From the NCBI GenBank assembly GCA_905178155.1, contig CAJINV010000122.1:1-5278 (forward strand): a stretch of 5,278 bases of DNA, written 5' to 3'. The DNA is from Amoebophrya sp. A120 (lineage: Eukaryota; Protista; Dinoflagellata). The translations under genes and the position numbers were made by a program. Numbering within the stretch: position 1 is the stretch's first letter; every line of letters starts with the position of its first letter. The notes under the pieces are model-generated. The model saw only the letters and a list, made by a program, of their open reading frames with translations. It ran no database searches and was not told the origin of the DNA. Below are positions 1 to 5,278 of this stretch, in pieces.

Positions 1-1360
1 CAGCACCCTGCGGGACAACACGGCCGTGGTTGTTGGAATCGGTTCCGCCCGCACCATAATAGGAAGACGGATGATCATCACCCTTCTTATTCCGGTAATG
101 GTTGCTGTTGTGGTTGTATCGCCGATAACCCAATTCCATGAGTTTTTTCTGGGCGTCGTCTTCCCGATTCCCCGTTTCTCCGATCAGGGAGAGAAGGTCG
201 GTTAACGCAGAGTTTTCATTTTTCCCGGCCGGAGTAATCGAGTCTTCGCGTCGTTTTTCGTCGTAAGTGTACCGAGCAGAGTCGGCACACACGCGCTCCA
301 CTTCTTCAACGAAAGTATCGTAGTCGTATTGCAAATCCCGGATCCGGTGACTATTCAAAAGCTGGCGGGTGATGTGCGAAATACACAGCCCGCGCAATGC
401 GATTTCAATTTTTGAATTATCGGATCTCTTACTCCCCGCGAGTTCCAACTCGCGATCAAAGATCACACCCAAAAGGACTACGAATTCCTTTGGATGGAGT
501 CCATCCGGACGCACCACCATGGGAAGTTTGTTTTCGATGCCCGCCTGTACGCCCTCGCGTCGCAACGAGTAGCGTTGTTGGAGGATGATCATTTTGTCGG
601 ATAAATTCGGCCCCGATCGATCGGCAAGCGCATGATGCACGGGAGCGTTGCCAAAGGAACCCAACATCACCTTTTCGGCCAACTTGATCTGGTCCACTCC
701 CGGAAGACGCAGGAGCGTGCTTGCCCACGTGAACATTTGGGAATTCCAGCGCCGGAAGGAACTGATGTTCAACTTTGGCGGTTGTTCCAAGGTACGTAGT
801 TCTACCTTTTCGAGTTCGGTCAGCGTGGTCTTGCCCGGTTGCGGCTTAATGTCCCGGAGAGACGCCCAGTCCAACTGGTCTAATCTCTCTTCTCCCCTCT
901 GGTCAAACTTCGACTTCCGGTTCCCCTCGACTTCTTCCAGCCGACTGGCTAGCAGCTCGCACTTCTGGTTGTTTTGGTTCAGCAAATCCTGCAGCTCGGG
1001 CGACAAATTCAATGCCGCGGCGGCATGCGAGATCGAGCCCGGAGATGTAGAAGACGGAGTGCTGGCTTTGTTGTTCAGCACAGCTTCTTCGATCGGAAAA
1101 AGCTTCCGCGGAGCGACAAGCTCCGGAGACGAAGGAGCGGTCTCGCGCAGCAGGCCGGGCGGAGAACGGATGTCCCCTTTTCCGCTGGAAGCGAACATTC
1201 CATCAAAAAGATTACCATCGTAATCTTCCGCTCCGTACACCGCGGCTGTTTCTTTCCCGGGCGAATTAACGTCCAGGCCGCCATGCGTTTTCCATTCTTC
1301 TTTCGAATAGTGGACTGGAGTCAAAGTTTCTCCCGAGTGCGCGCGACGATGTTTTTCCAT
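1..1360 (-). CDS. Long 3'-truncated ORF (>=453 aa, MEKHRRAHSGETLTPVHYSKEEW...NNHGRVVPQGA); putative retrotransposon Gag-like protein
   Basis: Manual translation finds no stop from ATG 1360 to the window edge, and the frame is open from 1732. The ATG context is gcgATGg. Layout: Ser/Pro-rich N-terminus, coiled-coil-like PELQDLLNQNNQKCELLASRLEEVEG, motif PPKLNISSFRRWNSQMFTW (781-725) resembling the P..F..W...W start of LTR-retrotransposon Gag capsid domains, a helical-looking core, then an N/G/H/R-rich tail. The CDS call is solid. The Gag call is inference (about 0.4), and no zinc knuckle is in the window. Confidence 0.75.
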   Translation of the reverse strand, partial: MEKHRRAHSGETLTPVHYSKEEWKTHGGLDVNSPGKETAAVYGAEDYDGNLFDGMFASSGKGDIRSPPGLLRETAPSSPELVAPRKLFPIEEAVLNNKASTPSSTSPGSISHAAAALNLSPELQDLLNQNNQKCELLASRLEEVEGNRKSKFDQRGEERLDQLDWASLRDIKPQPGKTTLTELEKVELRTLEQPPKLNISSFRRWNSQMFTWASTLLRLPGVDQIKLAEKVMLGSFGNAPVHHALADRSGPNLSDKMIILQQRYSLRREGVQAGIENKLPMVVRPDGLHPKEFVVLLGVIFDRELELAGSKRSDNSKIEIALRGLCISHITRQLLNSHRIRDLQYDYDTFVEEVERVCADSARYTYDEKRREDSITPAGKNENSALTDLLSLIGETGNREDDAQKKLMELGYRRYNHNSNHYRNKKGDDHPSSYYGAGGTDSNNHGRVVPQGA

Positions 1361-1501
1361 CGCGACTTCGACCAACCGTTGCAACTCCTCATCGCGTGCT
1401 TTCTTCTTCTCCTTCTCCTTTATTTGATATGCCTGCGTATTGCAGATGCGATTAATGAAATCGAAGCAACAGGTTACCACTTTGTTACTTTTACTGGTAG
1501 A

Positions 1502-1539
1502 AAGTTGTAGCTTGCGAAGTTGTTTTTCGAAGTTGTAGC
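1502..1539. repeat. Short imperfect triple repeat (CG)AAGTTGT(AGC)
   Basis: AAGTTGT at 1502-1508, 1517-1523 and 1530-1536; AAGTTGTAGC at 1502-1511 and 1530-1539; CGAAGTTGT at 1515-1523 and 1528-1536. Confidence 0.65.
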
Positions 1540-1751
1540 GTAGCGGGACAAAGAAGAAAAATCCACACGGATTTCGGGACGCTGAAGAAGGTAGTTGCTT
1601 TTCACAAATGTTCCGGCTGTCTTCCACTGTAGTTGTGTGTTTTACTGTTGGCTTTCCTGGTACGAACCGACTGCTTGTTTTAGTTGAGGACGTACCGAAA
1701 ATTCCTTTTTGTTCTGCACGGTGTGTCCGAAATTATTGGACGAAACCGAAA

Positions 1752-2612
1752 TCAGCTTGCGCTGAGATAGCCTTCCGAATCTGTACGACTACTTTCGCTA
1801 GGTTGAAATTGCACGTGGCGGTGCTCGTATTCCAGCGGGTACAGTCCACGACGAACGATGTCAGGGCAGAGGTAGAAACTGCCAAGTGCGTCTTGTAGAC
1901 CGACAAACGGAGCGCCACTGTTACGAAGGTAGTTGAAGTATCGGTTTCTATTCAGATCGCCGAATCCGCTTTCTGCTTCTGGACGAATAAGAGGATCCGC
2001 TATGCCATCAAAATTTTCTTCCTCCGGTTGGTTGTCGTATACCGTACGGAAACTGGGACGAGGAGTTAACGGGCGAATGCACCGGTAAGCCACGAAATTC
2101 AGGTCGTGGGGCTTTGTCCAGGCGTAGTATCCGTGGCGGTTTTTATTGGACGGATGGTTCCTGTTGAGGACGATCAAGCAACTCTTCGAAAAGAACGCAA
2201 TATGCTGATGGTTGCAGGCAAATGCAGCTTCTTCCTCCGGCAAGATTTGTTTTGCGCTGTGCGTCGGAAGTAATTCTGCGTATTCCAGCAGAGCGACCGT
2301 GACCAGCTTCTTCTTGCCTTCTCCTCTTCTAGGACGCAGCTGCGGTAGAACTACCAGAGCTTCTACTCCAGACCAGTGCAAAAATTGCAAGATGTGCGCG
2401 CCCAGAATTGTTTCGTAGTTTCCTACTGTTCCGACCAAGGACCTTGCTGCGAAACCGGACTTCAAATATTCCTGCGGTCCTGTTTTAGCAAGACCAGCGG
2501 GAAGCTGGTGTCGACGGTGCTGGTGCAGATCGTGAAGCTGTTTAAAGGCAGGGCTCTCGCAAAGACAATAAACTGGTTCGTTAATTTCTGCCGTAAGGGC
2601 TAAATTACCCAT
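1752..2612 (-). CDS. Hypothetical protein, 286 aa (ORF3)
   Basis: ATG-to-TGA ORF, co-oriented with ORF2 and 15 nt downstream of it. It has no internal Met. The N-terminus has NEPVYCLC followed by a His cluster. No family recognised. Confidence 0.65.
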   Translation of the reverse strand: MGNLALTAEINEPVYCLCESPAFKQLHDLHQHRRHQLPAGLAKTGPQEYLKSGFAARSLVGTVGNYETILGAHILQFLHWSGVEALVVLPQLRPRRGEGKKKLVTVALLEYAELLPTHSAKQILPEEEAAFACNHQHIAFFSKSCLIVLNRNHPSNKNRHGYYAWTKPHDLNFVAYRCIRPLTPRPSFRTVYDNQPEEENFDGIADPLIRPEAESGFGDLNRNRYFNYLRNSGAPFVGLQDALGSFYLCPDIVRRGLYPLEYEHRHVQFQPSESSRTDSEGYLSAS

Positions 2613-2627
2613 GCGCTACTGCCGTTC

Positions 2628-3143
2628 CTAGTTCTCTGGCTCGGGTTCAAAATCCCAGCTGCGGCACGTAGTCGCGTTTTTGTATCCGGATAGGGAGAGC
2701 GGGTGCGTTTTGTACTGGTCTGCTTGTAGAATTCGCTTCGTAGGAATGTGCTGCGGAATCAATTCTACTTCTTGGGCGGTTGGTCCTAGCGAGATATCCA
2801 GGAAGTTGTATTTCTCGCCAAGCTTGACGTTGCAAAAAGCGTAGTGCAAACTGCCGGCGCGGCTGAACCAAACTGCTAGTGGTGCGAAGCGAGCGGCAAT
2901 TCGAATTTCCAAGAAGTGAAATGCAGTGAAACACTCCTCGGCGTAGAATCGTTCAAGGGATTTCTGCTTTTTCCTATCTTTGTTCCTCCACCGGAGATGT
3001 TCACAGCCCCCGGACTGACAACGAAGGACACAGAGTTCGTGCTGGATTGTATCTAGAATCCAGATGGCGTTTTTGTTTCTTCTTCCGGTTTTATCTTTCA
3101 CCCACCGGCTCAACGGTTTCTCACCAATTATCTCCCACCACAT
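2628..3143 (-). CDS. Hypothetical basic protein, 171 aa (ORF2)
   Basis: The ATG lies 7 nt after the RING ORF stop and is the only minus-strand ATG in any frame across the ORF. It has a Cys/His cluster HELCVLRCQSGGCEH and a basic patch RWRNKDRKKQK. No family recognised. Confidence 0.55.
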   Translation of the reverse strand: MWWEIIGEKPLSRWVKDKTGRRNKNAIWILDTIQHELCVLRCQSGGCEHLRWRNKDRKKQKSLERFYAEECFTAFHFLEIRIAARFAPLAVWFSRAGSLHYAFCNVKLGEKYNFLDISLGPTAQEVELIPQHIPTKRILQADQYKTHPLSLSGYKNATTCRSWDFEPEPEN

Positions 3144-3150
3144 AAAAGGT

Positions 3151-4596
3151 TCAAGCCGTGAAGTTTTGTATTAAACTATTGACCAATTCCCTGCAAATCG
3201 GACAGCGCGCGTCGTGTTGCAAAGCCCGCTCTGCGCAAGGAATACAACAGACGGCATGTCCCGTGCGACCGTGTACAAATGTGGCGTCGGACTCAACTTC
3301 CATACACACAATGCATGGATTATGCAGTCGGTGTGATGCAGTAGAGTGGGCAGGAGACGGTGGTGGAATCGGAGTGCGGTACTGGTTCAACGAAGAGCTG
3401 TTGTTGTTTACTTGTCTCGGTGAAATCAAACCCTGCACTACTCGGCTGAAAAAACCCCCGCGAGACGGAGATGACTGCTCGATTTCGTTTAAAGAGCTGG
3501 CAGCTTCAGGCAAGGCTGAAACAGGATTCGAACTGCTGCTGCTCTGTTCCTGACGCTGTTGTTCTTGTCGTGCACGAAGATCGGCAATCAAAATGCGCTG
3601 TCTCTCGATAGCAGCCGGGTTGTCTCTAAACGGTTGGTCAGACAGACGAGCGGCTTGTTGCTGTAAGCCGAAAGTTTCCTGTAGAAATTGTGCTGCTCGG
3701 CCGTTTTGGAAATGGAGGACTCTTGCTTGACGGTTTCGTTCCTGTTCTAATTCCTGCAAGCGAGTAAACTGACGATCGGCCAAATTTTCTATTGTTGTCT
3801 CCGTCGTGGCGTTTTGTGCCGGATTTTCCACCGCAGCTTCCTCGGCAATAGCAGCAATTCTGTCGCGCGGAGTGTATTCGGGTTCTTCACGGCGCGGTAA
3901 AATTGTTCTCCAGGAAGGGTCTCTTCGTTCGCGCTGCAGACGGTGTCTCTCGCTCTCCTGGTTTATTTCAAAAAATGTCCGTGGATTTTGTTGATTTCCC
4001 CAGAATGCGGGAAGACGGTCTGCCGGTCCTGGTACTGCTCTGTCTGCTCTGCTCGGTGTTACGACTTGACAAAAGCGCGGATGCTCGTACAAAAACGTGT
4101 CCACGTCGAGATTGCGGCGTGCCGTATTTTGTATTCTTTCCTCTGCAGCCGTGCGGTCCAAAAACACAGTCAGAGCTTCTCGATCACCAATGACGTTCGT
4201 GAAGTTGTGGCTGATATCGTTGGAATTTCGTTCTATTAGATCCCGGAGATCGTCGCCGTCTAAGAGTTGTCTTGCCCCTCTCACTACTTGTGCTGGTTGA
4301 CCGGTGCGAAAGCGACGGTAGTTTGGGAAGCGAAGATCTGGACGGTTCACCAAGTTGCAGTACTGAATGGAGCCGATCAGATCGCGTTCTCCGCTTGGTA
4401 GATAGTTGATGTGCCGGTCGATAATAATTATCACTCCTCTTCTCCAGTGTCGTTGATGCCAAACAGGTTCAAGATTTCGGATATCCGTGTGCAATTGCTC
4501 GAGATTCAGGTAGTTATAAAGTAAGCCGTTCTCGATGGTAACAGTAGGCGGAAAGTAATCGTGACGTGGTTGATCAGGAGCTTGCTGGTTTTGCAT
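3151..4596 (-). CDS. RING-finger protein, putative E3 ubiquitin ligase with C-terminal MDM2/MDM4-type RING, 481 aa (ORF1)
   Basis: The first in-frame ATG is 4596 (MQNQQAPDQ); the track uses TTG 4668, which directly follows a TGA. Architecture: unknown ~200-aa N-terminal region, Q/E/R-rich coiled-coil-like middle, Ser/Pro-rich linker and terminal RING. Confidence 0.9.
   Translation of the reverse strand: MQNQQAPDQPRHDYFPPTVTIENGLLYNYLNLEQLHTDIRNLEPVWHQRHWRRGVIIIIDRHINYLPSGERDLIGSIQYCNLVNRPDLRFPNYRRFRTGQPAQVVRGARQLLDGDDLRDLIERNSNDISHNFTNVIGDREALTVFLDRTAAEERIQNTARRNLDVDTFLYEHPRFCQVVTPSRADRAVPGPADRLPAFWGNQQNPRTFFEINQESERHRLQRERRDPSWRTILPRREEPEYTPRDRIAAIAEEAAVENPAQNATTETTIENLADRQFTRLQELEQERNRQARVLHFQNGRAAQFLQETFGLQQQAARLSDQPFRDNPAAIERQRILIADLRARQEQQRQEQSSSSSNPVSALPEAASSLNEIEQSSPSRGGFFSRVVQGLISPRQVNNNSSSLNQYRTPIPPPSPAHSTASHRLHNPCIVCMEVESDATFVHGRTGHAVCCIPCAERALQHDARCPICRELVNSLIQNFTA
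3154..3315 (-). other. C2H2C4 (MDM2/MDM4-class) RING domain with 13-residue C-terminal tail
   Basis: CIVCMEVESDATFVHGRTGHAVCCIPCAERALQHDARCPICRELVNSLIQNFTA has the spacing C-x2-C-x10-H-x4-H-x3-C-x2-C-x10-C-x2-C, as in MDM2/MDM4 RINGs. Confidence 0.92.
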
Positions 4597-4642
4597 ACGT
4601 CGCGCTGGAGGTAAAAAAATTTTTGGTAGTATCTGCTTCTTT

Positions 4643-4750
4643 TTAACACGCGGATCGAACGAAGGCAATCATTTCGTCGATACCAAGGTTTATTGTTTTT
4701 CTTGCTTCTTCTAGTTGATCGACAATGAAATCTTGCAGCGCGGAAAGCAT
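4643..4750 (-). CDS. Small ORF, 35 aa (MLSALQDFIVDQLEEARKTINLGIDEMIAFVRSAC); possible micropeptide or uORF
   Basis: Runs from ATG 4750 to TAA 4645-4643 with a second in-frame ATG at 4672. It shows amphipathic-helix periodicity and ends 46 nt before the ORF1 ATG. It is below the ORF-track length cutoff. Confidence 0.4.
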   Translation of the reverse strand: MLSALQDFIVDQLEEARKTINLGIDEMIAFVRSAC

Positions 4751-4756
4751 AAAATT

Positions 4757-4800
4757 AGACAAAAATCACCTGGGTGATTTGTCTTTACAGACAAAATCAC
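4757..4800. repeat. Three copies of AGAC(A)3-5TCAC in direct-inverted-direct orientation
   Basis: AGACAAAAATCACC at 4757-4770; GGTGATTTGTCT at 4773-4784 (reverse complement AGACAAATCACC); AGACAAAATCAC at 4789-4800. Confidence 0.8.
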
Positions 4801-4889
4801 TTTCCTGCTTCTTGCTCAGCACAAACTGGTGCGGTATGTACGACAGGTAGTACTTGCTGCTCTTCGGTTTTCGACGTGACGGAGGTTTA

Positions 4890-5176
4890 CTAGGCTCTGG
4901 GGCTCACCATACCAGAAATGGATCACAGTCCGATTCTGTAATGCGTGAACAACCGACAGAGATTCACCGATGAAACGACGTAGACGACGACGCGACGGAC
5001 GACGGACACCGGACGTATGGACGACGACACCGATGAGAAATCAGTTCGTCTTCTCCACAATGACCATACGATTTTGTTGAAGAATAATTTTTCACACGAA
5101 GTGAAAATCACGACCGAGTTGACCGATGATTTTGATTTTAGTTTTAGTTGTACAAGCGCAAGAGAAAAGCCGCCAT
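4890..5176 (-). promoter_or_regulatory. Putative leader with short uORFs
   Basis: Each minus-strand ATG here opens a tiny ORF: MAAFLLRLYN* at 5176-5144, MVIVEKTN* at 5067-5041 and MVSPRA* at 4910-4890. Whether the region is transcribed is unknown. Confidence 0.25.
4965..5036. repeat. GAC/GGAC-rich low-complexity tract bracketed by the direct repeat CACCGATGA
   Basis: CACCGATGA at 4965-4973 and 5028-5036, with GACGAC/GGAC units between them. A third ACCGATGA is at 5122-5129. Confidence 0.6.
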
Positions 5177-5278
5177 ATCCCGTAAAAATGCAATAGAATT
5201 GCAAGATAGACGATCCGGAAAGGAAGGTCGTTTGTTATTTTTTGGATATTTTTCCTTGCGGGTACAGTGAGAAAAAAG

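Larger units (their letters stand above)
1..5278 (-). mobile_element. Putative 5' half of a retroelement or virus-like unit with accessory ORFs upstream of a gag-like ORF
   Basis: Compact, co-oriented, apparently intronless ORFs with eukaryotic content, AUG depletion and a Gag-like last ORF. No RT, integrase, LTR pair or canonical PBS is in the window, and the boundaries are unknown. Confidence 0.35.

Noticed and set aside
369-1510. Plus-strand ORFs 369-572, 397-588, 648-1223 and 974-1510, and alternative-frame minus ORFs 456-728 and 1075-1284
   Set aside because: They overlap the long minus-strand ORF, have shadow-like composition and show no recognisable motifs.
1558-1564. G_GAU_UUU slippery-like heptamer leading by -1 shift into the gag-like frame
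   Set aside because: The donor frame has a TAA at 1644-1642 and no AUG, and it is not the ORF3 frame.
1733-2630. TAA/TAG-to-Gln recoding or readthrough fusing ORF2 with ORF3 (same frame), and ORF 1733-1918 with the gag-like frame
   Set aside because: Two TAGs separate ORF2 and ORF3 (TAG GAA CGG CAG TAG CGC ATG). The very Gln-rich ORF1 contains no in-frame TAA/TAG, which argues for the standard code.
1608-4462. Other short track ORFs overlapping ORFs 1-3, including 1733-1918, 2647-2934 and 4184-4462
   Set aside because: They are antisense or alternative-frame overlaps. The minus-strand ones start at GTG/TTG, which is weak in an apparently eukaryotic context.
3151-4596. Naming ORF1 as MDM2 or MDM4
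   Set aside because: Only the RING and its tail match; the other MDM domains are not evident.
4597-4668. TTG start at 4668 for the RING ORF
   Set aside because: It immediately follows an in-frame TGA and overlaps the small ORF. ATG 4596 is the more parsimonious start.
4673-4685. Possible tRNA primer-binding site TGGTATCGACG on the minus strand
   Set aside because: It matches only the first 7 nt of the common iMet PBS (TGGTATCAGAGC), is not directly preceded by an LTR-ending CA, and lies inside the small ORF.
4893-4914. Possible PBS TGGTATGGTGAGCCCCAGAGCC on the minus strand
   Set aside because: It cannot be matched to a tRNA 3' end from the sequence alone, and no LTR boundary is evident. 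Comparison with host tRNAs is needed.
4923-5204. 93-aa minus-strand ORF
   Set aside because: It has a TTG start and a Val/Ser/Arg-rich sequence that results from the GAC low-complexity tract.
1-5278. CRISPR array, rRNA, tRNA or prokaryotic operon
   Set aside because: No regularly spaced repeats or RNA-gene motifs were seen, there are no convincing Shine-Dalgarno sites, and the one recognisable domain is eukaryotic.

Overview
Probably eukaryotic (or eukaryote-virus/retroelement) DNA with all credible coding on the minus strand. Reading 5'->3' on that strand (high to low coordinates), the order is: a leader with short uORFs and repeats (5278-4597); a 481-aa protein ending in an MDM2/MDM4-type C2H2C4 RING (4596-3151); a 171-aa orphan (3143-2628); a 286-aa orphan (2612-1752); and a >=453-aa ORF missing from the ORF track that runs off the left edge (1360-<1) and looks Gag-like. 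The first three ORFs appear intronless and are only 7 and 15 nt apart. The strongest signal is strand-specific ATG depletion. By manual count, 1393-4593 has 6 minus-strand ATGs in all frames (2 are ORF starts), against about 34 on the plus strand and 16 internal ATGs in the last ORF. Start-codon contexts also rise from weak to strong along the array. This pattern fits a polycistronic mRNA read by leaky scanning or reinitiation, possibly a retroelement carrying accessory genes, including an E3 ligase, upstream of gag. No pol, LTR pair or clean PBS is visible, so the retroelement identity is inference.
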